Below, piece by piece: positions 19,410-29,581 of a DNA stretch of 64,000 bases (positions within the stretch are counted from its first letter, which is position 1; every line of letters begins with the position of its first letter). Both the position numbers and the translations under genes were made by a program. The notes below the pieces were generated by a model that did not search any database, was not told where the DNA came from, and saw nothing but the letters and a program-made list of their open reading frames with translations. This DNA is from an uncultured archaeon (lineage in GTDB: Archaea; Asgardarchaeota; Lokiarchaeia; Sigyniarchaeales; SOKP01): contig CAZALK010000013.1 of NCBI GenBank assembly GCA_964486045.1, forward strand, positions 78,841-142,840. The letters run 5' to 3'.

Positions 19410-20294
19410 ATGAGCGAAAAACAACAAGAAGGAAATGAAAAACTGACAAGTCAAGAAGGTGATGACTACGAAGACGATTTAAAGATTTATTTAGAAGAAA
19501 TGAAAGCTCTTGAGGCTGATTTTTCGGATTTAGAGGATTTAGATATGGAAGAACTTCAAGAAATCCAAGAGGCCATCGCGAAAGTTAAAGACGGTGAAAT
19601 ATTATCCGAAATTGAATTAGACAGTGACCGATTATCTGAAGAAGGACTTAATCTTGAATTAAGTGAAGAGAAAGAGATTAGGAAGGCAATGATTACGGAT
19701 TTTTCAGATATGGACAAAATTGATTTTGACGAATTAAAAGATATGCAAGATGCGATCTCAACTGTTAAACAAGAAGAAATGCAAGGGGTTCCCGATATAG
19801 ATAGTACGAGTAAACCGTATCAAGAAGTTTCAAAAGAATTAGAGGATAAAATTAAACAAGAGCTCTTAAAACGAAAGGAGGATAAAGAGGAGGGTATTAC
19901 ACCAGAGAAATTTCTGGATTATATAAAGAACAAGAGAGAAAAAATTTGGTATCACGCTCTCTATTATATAGCATTCAAAGTTGAAGACCATATTGCATCA
20001 AAAGCCTTATTATATGATGTTTTAAAAGAACTAACAAGCAAATCTCCAATAGATCCAATTCCAGAACACCAATTTTATTTTGGATTGGGATATATTTTGA
20101 GATTAAAATTGAATCAAAAAAAAGTTGTACGATTTTTAAAGGATGGAAAGTTCAAAATTAATGTCAATATTGATAATTTAAAAGAACTTTTAGAGGTAGC
20201 TGGTGAGCCTTTTAGTGTACGTCCAATCATAAAAGAGGCGGAACGGAGAAAAATGTTTAAAGATTTTCTTAATGAAGATTTTATGGATATTTAA
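19410..20294 (+). CDS. Hypothetical protein with a very acidic N-terminal half
   Basis: 294-aa ORF; D/E-rich repeated (DF.D...D.EL..Q.AI..VK) N-terminus and a globular C-terminus. Confidence 0.75.
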   Translation: MSEKQQEGNEKLTSQEGDDYEDDLKIYLEEMKALEADFSDLEDLDMEELQEIQEAIAKVKDGEILSEIELDSDRLSEEGLNLELSEEKEIRKAMITDFSDMDKIDFDELKDMQDAISTVKQEEMQGVPDIDSTSKPYQEVSKELEDKIKQELLKRKEDKEEGITPEKFLDYIKNKREKIWYHALYYIAFKVEDHIASKALLYDVLKELTSKSPIDPIPEHQFYFGLGYILRLKLNQKKVVRFLKDGKFKINVNIDNLKELLEVAGEPFSVRPIIKEAERRKMFKDFLNEDFMDI

Positions 20295-20325
20295 ATTAAA
20301 ATAATCCTTAATAATATAAGACTAA

Positions 20326-20952
20326 ATGAGCGAAAAACCCTCTCTATTAATTATCGGGAATTCTAATGTGGGGAAGAGTTCAGTTACAAGATTATTATTG
20401 CCAAACCCTAGGCAGTTTAAAGGTAAAATTGGTAAATCTCCAGGTAGTACTTTATTGGTAAAACCAATAGTTCAAAAGAATTTACATTATAATATAATAG
20501 ATCTTCCAGGTTTCGGGTATACAAGTCATTCTAGTCGGCGAAGGGGAGAACACTTAAAAAAACAAATTGTACGACATATTGAAAAACACTATAAAGATTA
20601 TTTTTTTGGCTTAGTTGTAATTAATATTTTAAGAATTGAAGATGAGCTTGAAAAGTATTTTGTAATCGATAAAAAAACTATCCCATTAAGTTTTGAATTA
20701 ATTCAATTTTTAAATGAGTTTAAAATCCCTCTCTTGGTGATCATAAACAAGATTGATAAATTCTCAATATATGATAAACAAAGGATTATTGAATTATTTA
20801 TAAAATCTGCCAAGGAATGTGGTCTTAACTTAGTAGATCTAAATAATTTTAGTTATAAGAATAAATTCGAAATTCCTTATTTAGAATTTTCAGCATTAAA
20901 AAAGAAGAATCTAAAGGAGTTAAAACAAATAATTCAATATTATCTAAAATAA
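20326..20952 (+). CDS. engB: EngB/YihA-family GTP-binding protein
   Basis: GNSNVGKSS, PGST, DLPGFGY, NKID and FSA motifs. Confidence 0.85.
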   Translation: MSEKPSLLIIGNSNVGKSSVTRLLLPNPRQFKGKIGKSPGSTLLVKPIVQKNLHYNIIDLPGFGYTSHSSRRRGEHLKKQIVRHIEKHYKDYFFGLVVINILRIEDELEKYFVIDKKTIPLSFELIQFLNEFKIPLLVIINKIDKFSIYDKQRIIELFIKSAKECGLNLVDLNNFSYKNKFEIPYLEFSALKKKNLKELKQIIQYYLK

Positions 20953-20960
20953 GACATTAA

Positions 20961-21569
20961 TTACTTAATTCCTAAATGATTTGATATATATTTTTTTAAT
21001 TCATCATATTTTGTACTTACTAAAAATTGTGGGAATTCTTCTTTTACATTATCAGGTGGTCTAAATAAGATTCCGTAATCGGCTTCACTAAGCATTCCAA
21101 TATCATTATATGAATCCCCAATAGCGATTACGTTGTAATTTAGATTTTTAAAATTGTTTACAGTTTTCTTTTTCATGTCTTTTAATCGTAAGTTATAATT
21201 AATAATAAAACCATCATTGTCAATTTCAAGATCATGGCAAAATATCATTGGAAAATTTAGCTTTTGAGCTAACGGTTTAATTAACTCAACAAAACTATCA
21301 GTGACGATTACTACTTGCGTATTAGATCGAAGCCAATCTAAAAATTCTGCAGCCCCTGATAGTATATCCATTGTCCCAATTGTTTTTTGAATATCAAACA
21401 ATGAAATTTTATTTTCTCTTAGAATTTTTAACCTTTGTTTCATGAGTACATCATAATCAGGAATATCTCTTGTTGTTAAGCTAAGTTTTTCAATCTTTGT
21501 ATCAATAGCTACAATCTGCCAAATTTCTGGAGTAAATATCCCTTCTAAATCCAAACAGACCACAAACAT
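20961..21569 (-). CDS. thrH: Phosphoserine phosphatase/homoserine phosphotransferase ThrH
   Basis: CLDLEG..PEIW, TTRDIPDYDVLMKQRL and GDSYND motifs. Confidence 0.93.
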   Translation of the reverse strand: MFVVCLDLEGIFTPEIWQIVAIDTKIEKLSLTTRDIPDYDVLMKQRLKILRENKISLFDIQKTIGTMDILSGAAEFLDWLRSNTQVVIVTDSFVELIKPLAQKLNFPMIFCHDLEIDNDGFIINYNLRLKDMKKKTVNNFKNLNYNVIAIGDSYNDIGMLSEADYGILFRPPDNVKEEFPQFLVSTKYDELKKYISNHLGIK

Positions 21570-21661
21570 TACACTTGGAAAAATAATGGGATCAATTTGA
21601 ATTTTGTGATTTTATGAGAGTGTATGATATTAAAATGAGTAATATTTTCCGTTTTTATTAC

Positions 21662-22954
21662 TTACAAATTAGTTAGTTTAGGATCTTTATCCTTATCCCA
21701 ATTTACCGCAAATAAAAAATCTCTACTTGCTTGATTTTTATAAATCAATGGAAAACCACTCATTTCTTGAAATTCAAGGGCGAGATCCTCTAGAAATTTG
21801 TAATCAGGAAAATAGTGTTGTAGCGGATTATCGCTTTTCAATCGTTCTTTTATTAACATGGCTTTAGCTTGTAAAGTAAAACCCTTTATCTCAAAAAAAT
21901 TAGGATTTGCTTTCTTAATTAAATTTAGATAATCATTTAGGTATTGCTCATGGATATTTATGTTTTTAATCGCTGTGAGTCTTATTAAAGTTCTACAAGA
22001 TAATGTATTAATTAGTTCTAAACTTTTATTAATTTTATTCCATCCATGCTTAATCATAGGTCGGCAAGCTTTCTTGTATATTTGTTCATTTGGAGCTGGT
22101 AAAGTAATATATAATTGACTTGGTAAAGGATTTAACTCCATAATTCTATCTGGTAGAGTCCCGTTTGTAACAATAAATGTTGACATCGACCGTTTTTTGA
22201 ACTCCTGGACAAGTTCAGACATTCTGGGGTATAGTAGTGGTTCTCCATCAAGGGAAATCGCCGCATGATTAGGAACCATAGCTTCACTGTGAGTTTGCAT
22301 AATTTCATCTGGAGTTGTTAATGCTCGATTTATTAAAACTTCTATTTCCTCCCTGGAATTAATGCAACATTGAACGTCATCATCCAATTCAAAGTCTTTA
22401 AACATATGATTTCTCAGTTTAATAAAATTTTGATTTTTTAGGAGATTAAGTGCCCTTTCAACTTTATTTTTTGAAACATGAACTCCTTTCATTATTGAAT
22501 TTATACTTTGAGGTTTATCCTTATTTAACAACATGTAGTAAAGGATGTCTATCATTATTTCATAGTTATCAAGATATCTTCTTAAGGGTAAATGATTTTT
22601 AACGATATCCTTATGGTGTCGCAGCATTTCACGCACTAAATCTTTAGGCTCATCTGGTTTCACATTAAACTCACTCCCAAGTGAACCAACTTCAATATCA
22701 CGCCAACAGAAAACGCATTGATGATTACAGAACGGTAATGAAGGAGTATTTTGTAAACACCTATGACTTTTTATTCCAAATACTCCTTTGTAACAATTAC
22801 GGTTATCCCTTCCTGTCAATAATCTCTGTTCTAACCAATGACATGGTTTGATTGAAGTGTGTTTATTTTCTCCAAAAATTCTATATGTAGTTTTTGTATA
22901 AGTTTCGACAAATTTAGCAGTGATTTTGTTATCGATTATAAACTCACTTTTCAT
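21662..22954 (-). CDS. taw1: Radical SAM 4-demethylwyosine synthase Taw1/TYW1, with an internal insertion
   Basis: KPCHW..CYK..FGIKSHRCLQ, CNHQCVFCWR, AAISLDGEP and VTNG motifs. Confidence 0.92.
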   Translation of the reverse strand: MKSEFIIDNKITAKFVETYTKTTYRIFGENKHTSIKPCHWLEQRLLTGRDNRNCYKGVFGIKSHRCLQNTPSLPFCNHQCVFCWRDIEVGSLGSEFNVKPDEPKDLVREMLRHHKDIVKNHLPLRRYLDNYEIMIDILYYMLLNKDKPQSINSIMKGVHVSKNKVERALNLLKNQNFIKLRNHMFKDFELDDDVQCCINSREEIEVLINRALTTPDEIMQTHSEAMVPNHAAISLDGEPLLYPRMSELVQEFKKRSMSTFIVTNGTLPDRIMELNPLPSQLYITLPAPNEQIYKKACRPMIKHGWNKINKSLELINTLSCRTLIRLTAIKNINIHEQYLNDYLNLIKKANPNFFEIKGFTLQAKAMLIKERLKSDNPLQHYFPDYKFLEDLALEFQEMSGFPLIYKNQASRDFLFAVNWDKDKDPKLTNL

Positions 22955-23097
22955 GAAAAGACCACGTTGAACTCTAAATTCTCAATGATTTATATAAATA
23001 AATGTATTTTATTAAGATATTAAATAATATTCTTAAAAATTATAAGTACAATCATAATTAGTAGAGAATTTTTAAAATATAATTAAAACGGTTTAAG

Positions 23098-23808
23098 ATG
23101 ATAAATAAAATCAAGAGCGAATTGTTAAATTTAGGTTTAAAATTTATTTCGGTTGATGAGAAAATAGTTAGAATGATTTTAGAAACGAGTCCTTCAAATA
23201 TAAACGAAATTGTAATACTTCCTGCAATAAAAACTGTAATGCAAAAAATACTCAAAAAATTGGAAAATAAAAGAATATACGGAAGAGTGTATAATGGAGT
23301 ATTAAATAATGTAAAGGTTAGTGTTATTCGCTCGTTAATTGGAGCCCCAAATTGTGCGATCGCGGTAGAATGTTTGAAAAGGTGTAAAGCAAGAATTGTT
23401 GTTCGTTTAGATATTTGCGGAGGAATAGAAAATGAAAATTTGAAAATAAATGTTGGAGACGTTTTAATTCCACAATTAGCTTGTTGTGATGATGGAACCA
23501 GCCCGCAATATATAAGAGAACATCCATCATTGGCAAATGATTTAGATTCTATATCAAATCCACTCTCAAAATTCCAGAATCTTTTAACTGGAAATCAAAC
23601 AATATTTATTTCAAAACCGAATATAACTTTAAAGGATCTCCTAATTGAGGAAGGAAATTCACTTTTTTCCGATAAAATAAAAGAAGTACAATTATGGAGC
23701 ACTGATGGATTGTTTTGCGAATCATTAGACTTAATTAGAGCATTACAATCTATCAATATACAAGCTATCGATATGGAATCCTCAATATTATTCTTAAAAC
23801 TTGAGTAA
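23098..23808 (+). CDS. Purine/uridine nucleoside phosphorylase family protein, probably C-terminally truncated
   Basis: IGAPN, VRLDICGG, DDGTSPQY, STDG and IDMES motifs; the ORF ends about 9 residues after the ME motif. Confidence 0.75.
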   Translation: MINKIKSELLNLGLKFISVDEKIVRMILETSPSNINEIVILPAIKTVMQKILKKLENKRIYGRVYNGVLNNVKVSVIRSLIGAPNCAIAVECLKRCKARIVVRLDICGGIENENLKINVGDVLIPQLACCDDGTSPQYIREHPSLANDLDSISNPLSKFQNLLTGNQTIFISKPNITLKDLLIEEGNSLFSDKIKEVQLWSTDGLFCESLDLIRALQSINIQAIDMESSILFLKLE

Positions 23809-25075
23809 AACTGCTTCATTCTTGTCTGAATAAAATATTGAATTTTTCTCACCGTAATTCCTGAGTCTTCGCTGATTTTTTTAATATCATCAAATTCTGG
23901 TTTAACATTTACTATTTCCCTACCATTTAGCGATTCTATATACGAGATCTTAAAATTTACTTCATAGTTCTTTCCATTAATTTCAATTGTTTGCTTTTCA
24001 ATAGTGCGATCAATGCAAACACGGTCCATTGTTTTATATCTTACTCCCAAAGTCCCTAATTCACGGATTATTTTCTCTATTATTTTAAATGTATATTTCG
24101 GATAACATAAGACTTTTACTATCTGGCTTGGTCGATTTTTTTTTGTTAAACTTGGAATAATTTGAATATCTAAGATTTCTTCACTTTTTAATTCATTGAC
24201 AAAATTCCCTAATAGTTCTCCTGATACATCATCAACATCAGTTTCTAATACTGATACTTGTTCAGTATATTTTTGCAATGGATAGATAGAATTAGGGAGA
24301 TTTTGGACATTATATTCTCCATAAAATAATCGCAAAATATTCAAAAAATCTTTAAATTCCTTTTGCCCTCTACTATAAATTGACTTTTTAATTATCATGT
24401 CAGGCATATATTCTAAAAAATTAGGAGTTAAATTTGTGAGTAACGCTACTCCTGTTGGGGTTACTAATTCAGATTCAATTGGACCTCCATGAGTTATTAA
24501 TCTTGACCTTTCTAAAATCTTTAAGGTGCGGGAGCAGGTATAGCTAACTCACCGTGAGCTGTTTTTATTTTCCCTCCTCCTAAAGGAAGTCTACTACAAT
24601 AAATTTTAAAGTTCTTATTGAAACCATTTATTTTATCTAAAGCACTAGTAACTCCTAAGATATCAATTAACGTATCAATTGAGCTAAATTCATGTAAGTG
24701 AATATCTTTTGCTAATTTACCATGTACTTCTTCTTCTGCGCGAATTAGTGAATTTAATACTTGAAAAGCGTAATTTTTAGCGGAATCAGAGAATACACAG
24801 TCGTTTAAATACGATTCTAAAGCTTTAAGTAGTGTTTCTGGAGACCTATGATCCCTTGATTCTTTAATTTCTAATTTTAATTGATTGAGTTGAATTCCTG
24901 ATCGGGGTATTGATTTAAAATCAATATTTAATTTTGAAACACCAGGTAAATAATTTTTTATTTCTATTAAGTTATTTATAAGGTTATCAGGTTCTGAGAC
25001 TAAACCTAAAAGAGAAGCGAAAAACATATCTCCCGAGATTCCAGAGTTATTCAAATCAATGTATAATATTCTCAT
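23595..25075 (-). pseudogene. larC: Nickel pincer cofactor biosynthesis protein LarC, frameshifted and with its natural stop lost
   Basis: GISGDM, EEEVHG, HLHE..DTLIDI and TAHGELAIPAPA in the first frame. After a 1-nt shift near 24526 it continues TLKILE..ELVTPTG..LETDVDD..KKNRP..GTLGVR..KPEFDD. Confidence 0.85.
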
Positions 25076-25107
25076 ATTAACTATTATCAAATTGTAGTAT
25101 GATACAC
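25071..25107 (+). repeat. Direct repeat, copy A (larC start codon and upstream region)
   Basis: CTCATATTAACTATTATCAAATTGTAGTATGATACAC; 34/37 identical to 34431-34467, with the last 24 nt identical. Confidence 0.85.
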
Positions 25108-25382
25108 TAACAATATTAATTTTTTTAATTATAGCTAATTTAATTTAGCTATTAAGAAGGGATTTTAATAAATTTTATTAGTTTTTTAAGGAAATAAAAA
25201 TATTTAATATTAATGCCAATTAATATTATTAATGGAAATATTGATATTAGTTGAAAAGCTGAAATATTAATACATTAAACATTAAAAAAGATTCATTTCT
25301 TCGTCATTTCAAGCTCATAAAAGAACTTGTCTATTATGATAATTATTTTTTGTAAAAAATTTTTTAAAAATCGAAATTATAA

Positions 25383-26375
25383 ATGAATAATATGAGTAAA
25401 ATAATAAAATGGGGAATTTTAGGTAGTGGAAGAATAGCACATACGTTTGCTGAGGGGTTAAAGGTACTTCCTGATGCGAAATTGGAAGCTGTTGCTTCTA
25501 AAACAGAGGGAAAAGCTGAAAGTCTTGGTAAAATGTTTGATGTGAAAAATATATATAATAATTATGAAGAATTAGTGAAAAATCCTTCTGTAAATGTTAT
25601 TTATATTGCGACCACTCATAATTTCCATTATGAAAATGTGTTACTCTGTTTAAATCACGGAAAACCAGTTCTCTGTGAAAAACCTTTTACATTGAATGCC
25701 ATACAAGCTGAAGGGTTAATTAACACTGCCCGTAACAATAATTTATTTTTAATGGAAGCAATGTGGACAAGATTTTTCCCTTGTATTGTAAAATTAAATG
25801 AATTGTTAGACCAGGGAATATTAGGAGAAATTCAACATGTTAAGGCTGACTTTGGAATTAAACAGGAATTAGATCCTAAAGGACGTTCATTTAATCTTGA
25901 TCTAGGAGGGGGTGCATTACTTGATCTAGGAGTTTATCCTATTTCATTTGCAAGAATGATTTATAAACAATCTCCTTTAAAAATAAAAAGTAGTGCATAC
26001 ATTGGAGAAACTGGAGTGGATGAAAAATCTAATTATTTATTTGAGTATGAAAATGGACAAACTGCTATGCTTTCTTCCTCAAATAGATTGATAATGCCGC
26101 ACAATGCTTCTATCTTTGGAACCAAAGGATTTCTGGAAATTCCTAATTTTTATCACCCATCAAAAATGATTTTAAAATTGGAGGGGAAAGAAAAGCAAAC
26201 AATTGAAATACCATTTAAATCAACAGGTTATAATTATGAAGCAAGGGAAGTAATGAGTTGTCTAAATGCTGGAAAAATTGAAAGTGAAATCATGCCATTA
26301 GATGAGACTTTAGAAATAATGAAAACTATGGATATTTTACGCTCTCAATGGAATTTTAAATATCCTGGAGAATAA
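25383..26375 (+). CDS. Gfo/Idh/MocA family oxidoreductase (sugar dehydrogenase-like)
   Basis: WGILGSGRIA, VLCEKP, MEAMWTRF and GGGALLDLGVY motifs. Confidence 0.93.
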   Translation: MNNMSKIIKWGILGSGRIAHTFAEGLKVLPDAKLEAVASKTEGKAESLGKMFDVKNIYNNYEELVKNPSVNVIYIATTHNFHYENVLLCLNHGKPVLCEKPFTLNAIQAEGLINTARNNNLFLMEAMWTRFFPCIVKLNELLDQGILGEIQHVKADFGIKQELDPKGRSFNLDLGGGALLDLGVYPISFARMIYKQSPLKIKSSAYIGETGVDEKSNYLFEYENGQTAMLSSSNRLIMPHNASIFGTKGFLEIPNFYHPSKMILKLEGKEKQTIEIPFKSTGYNYEAREVMSCLNAGKIESEIMPLDETLEIMKTMDILRSQWNFKYPGE

Positions 26376-26732
26376 AAATTTATTACATTGGAATTTTAAA
26401 AATAAATAGTAAATAAAAAAAGAAAGAAGATGTAGAAACCATAAATATTGAGCCTGGTCATTAACATCTATGAATAATTTTATCATTTTAAAATTAGAAG
26501 GGTACGAAAAAAACTAATTCACCTGGATTTATTATAGGAATTTTCTCCATGGTTTGCCAAAGAGTAAAAAACTTGATATTGCTAAATTACTGCGTAAATC
26601 AATTCGCTTCATAGAATTTAAACCCGCTATTGGTTGTCCTACAGTTTTTCCCATTTTATTAGATTTCTTGGTTTGAAAGAAATCATTTTTATAAAATATG
26701 TTTGAGATATTTATTTGATTTCCAATTCTGTT

Positions 26733-27704
26733 TTATGAATATTTTTTAATTATTTCTTCAATAATCATGTTATTACTTTCATCAACTATTTGCCATGAAG
26801 GATTATTTCTATAGAATTCGATAATCTCTTTTACTCCATTTTGAAATGATTCAGTACACTCGAATTCGGGAACAAATTTTTTAATTTTGGAGTTATCAAA
26901 AATCACCGAATATGACTTATCACCTAAAAGACCTGCACCAACCTCAGAGTCAATTTTCGCTATTTTTTCAGAAGTTACGTGAACAGCTCTGAGTGGAACC
27001 CCTAATTCATCCGCAAAAGTTTGGTATATTTTATTCCATGTTAACAATTCATCAGAAGTAATATGGAATCTTTCACCAATAGATTTTTTATTTCCTAAAA
27101 TTCCTAGAAAGCCTTTAGCAAAATCTTGATGATGAGTCATCACCCAAATACTAGTACCATCTCCATGAATAATAATTTTTTTTCTTTTTTTCATTCGGTC
27201 GATGGCAGTATAGCTCCAACGCAATGGAATTGAAGTTTTATCATATGTATGAGAAGGTCGAATAATCGTAATTGGAAATTGATTTTCTTTATACATTTCT
27301 TGGAAAAATTTTTCACATGCGATTTTATCCCTTGAATATTGCCAAAAAGGGTTTTTTATTGGAGTTTCTTCTGTAATCGGCAAATTTGGAATTGGTTTTT
27401 GATATATAGATGCAGAACTAATAAAAATGAATTGATTTGTTTTATTTTTAAAGAGATAATATGAATTTTTTGCATGCTCTATATTGAAGCAAATCCAATC
27501 AACAACAACATCAAATGAATAGTCCTTCAGCTCATTTTTTGCTTCAATAATATTTCGGATGTTTCCAATTATAGTTTTTACTCCATCAATATGTCGATGA
27601 CTCTTTCCTCTATTAAAGTGATAAAGATCAATTCCTTTTTCAATAGCTAACCGTGAACAAGCTGAACTGATAAGTCCGGTACCACCAATAAAAAGAACTC
27701 TCAT
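26733..27704 (-). CDS. NAD-dependent epimerase/dehydratase (extended SDR)
   Basis: IGGTGLIS, FISSASIY, YSRDK and IRPSHTY motifs. Confidence 0.9.
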   Translation of the reverse strand: MRVLFIGGTGLISSACSRLAIEKGIDLYHFNRGKSHRHIDGVKTIIGNIRNIIEAKNELKDYSFDVVVDWICFNIEHAKNSYYLFKNKTNQFIFISSASIYQKPIPNLPITEETPIKNPFWQYSRDKIACEKFFQEMYKENQFPITIIRPSHTYDKTSIPLRWSYTAIDRMKKRKKIIIHGDGTSIWVMTHHQDFAKGFLGILGNKKSIGERFHITSDELLTWNKIYQTFADELGVPLRAVHVTSEKIAKIDSEVGAGLLGDKSYSVIFDNSKIKKFVPEFECTESFQNGVKEIIEFYRNNPSWQIVDESNNMIIEEIIKKYS

Positions 27705-27912
27705 ATTATTAATTCTCTTTCGAAATATAAAAGATTATTGTTTCAACTGTTAATCAAATTTCTATAAAAATTTATAAAATATTATAAAAATCTAAAAAAT
27801 GTAAAGTTATAAATAATTAAAAAAAGTATCAACTAGAGATTTTTTTTCAAGTCAGATTTTTGATTTCATTTGATATAAAATAAAAAAAATTATGTATGAT
27901 AATGCTATTGAA

Positions 27913-28350
27913 TTATTTCACTATAAAACCCTTGTAAAATTCATCATCCTCTGAATATTTTGCTTTAGCATCCTTTTTCTTATAGTAATACCCAATTAGT
28001 AGTCCAACTATACTCCCAATAACAAGTCCAGTTATACTTAGTATAGCTATATAAATAAAATACCAATCAATAGACAACTGATATACTATACATATATAAA
28101 TAGTAGGTGCAATAGTAGATAAGAATCCTCCAATAATACCTACCATGATACCTATTTTTAAAGGAGATTGATCAGGTTTCCTATTTTTCAAAGCAAAAAT
28201 TACACCGATAATTGATCCAAGTAAGAAATCGATATCTCTAAATAATAACAATCCCCAAAAATTAAGGAAAAGTATAGAGATAAAGGTGATTAAAATAAAA
28301 ATAAGGAGGCTATAAATTATTATCGAGACTTTTACCATCTCGACCTTCAT
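27913..28350 (-). CDS. Small 4-TM membrane protein
   Basis: Hydrophobic segments with GxxxG motifs. Confidence 0.7.
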   Translation of the reverse strand: MKVEMVKVSIIIYSLLIFILITFISILFLNFWGLLLFRDIDFLLGSIIGVIFALKNRKPDQSPLKIGIMVGIIGGFLSTIAPTIYICIVYQLSIDWYFIYIAILSITGLVIGSIVGLLIGYYYKKKDAKAKYSEDDEFYKGFIVK

Positions 28351-28465
28351 CTCTTCTTTTCCTATTTCATTTGAGTTAGAAATTTAAACCACTAAATTTT
28401 ATTGTTCTTTCTGCGAATTATGATGTGTTGAGATAATAAAAAAACAATAATTTATGAAAGTTATA

Positions 28466-29569
28466 TTAATAGATTTTTTTCTGTGATATCTTATCGAAAA
28501 TATGAATCCTATTAGTATCGAATGAGATCCAAACCTTTTCTCCTACATTCAGATCTCTATTAGTACTAGATACTGCAACGAGCGATTTATCTTTAACTAT
28601 CAAATGAAAAATATTTTCCCTCCCTAATGGCTCAATGACTTCAACCTCTGCCTGGATTGCATAATCTTTGCTCGCTTTTGTAATGATAATATTCTCTGGT
28701 CGAATTCCTAACATAATTTCAGGTGTTTTTGTCTTCTCCATTATTTCAATCCCATTGGAAAGTTGATATGAAGAAAATCCAAATTCGACAATAATTTTTC
28801 CATTTCTCTCTATAAGAGTACCCTCAACTATATTTATAGGAGGGTTCCCAATAAAACCAGCGACAAATAAGTTTTTTGGATTTTCATATATCTCTTTTGG
28901 CGTACCTACTTGTTCTAAAACTCCATTGTTCAAGATAGCAATTCTATCACCCATTGACATTGCCTCCATTTGATCGTGGGTAACATACACGATGGTTGTA
29001 CCAAATTCATCATGCAATTTCTTCAATTCTGCCCTAGCATAGCACCTCAATTTGGCATCGAGGTTTGAGAGGGGCTCATCCATCAAGAAGATTTTAGGAT
29101 CTCTAACCATTGCCCTCGCTAACGCCACTCTCTGCCTTTGTCCGCCACTGAGCTGTTTTGGTTTTCTGTCCAGAAGTTTAGATATTCCTAAGCGTTGGCT
29201 CACATCCCTAACTTTTGATTCAATTTTACTTTTTTCCATTCTCCTAATCTTTAATGGGAAAGCAATATTATTAAATACTGTCATATGCGGATAGATTGCG
29301 TAATCTTGAAATACCATAGCCGCATCTCTATTTTGTGGTCTTGTAAATACGTCACTTTCTGAGGAACTAAGTGTTGTTTCTCCCATTCGTATTTCTCCCT
29401 TATTTGGTTTGAGTAATCCTGCGATACACAGAAGAGTAGTAGTCTTTCCACATCCAGAGGGACCAAGTAAGATAAAAAACTCTCCATCCTTTATCTCAAG
29501 GGATACATTCATAAGAGCTACAGTTTTTCCATATTTTTTCATCAAATCTTTTATAACAACGTTTACCAT
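28466..29569 (-). CDS. Carbohydrate ABC transporter ATPase (MalK-like)
   Basis: GPSGCGKTT, LSGGQRQ, DEPLSNLD, VTHDQ and a C-terminal TOBE region. Confidence 0.96.
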   Translation of the reverse strand: MVNVVIKDLMKKYGKTVALMNVSLEIKDGEFFILLGPSGCGKTTTLLCIAGLLKPNKGEIRMGETTLSSSESDVFTRPQNRDAAMVFQDYAIYPHMTVFNNIAFPLKIRRMEKSKIESKVRDVSQRLGISKLLDRKPKQLSGGQRQRVALARAMVRDPKIFLMDEPLSNLDAKLRCYARAELKKLHDEFGTTIVYVTHDQMEAMSMGDRIAILNNGVLEQVGTPKEIYENPKNLFVAGFIGNPPINIVEGTLIERNGKIIVEFGFSSYQLSNGIEIMEKTKTPEIMLGIRPENIIITKASKDYAIQAEVEVIEPLGRENIFHLIVKDKSLVAVSSTNRDLNVGEKVWISFDTNRIHIFDKISQKKIY

Positions 29570-29581
29570 TTCACATCACTT

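Noticed and set aside
26530-26655. 40-codon minus-strand ORF (MGKTVGQPIAG...) between the two oxidoreductases
   Set aside because: Too short and no recognisable family; possibly a remnant but unsupported
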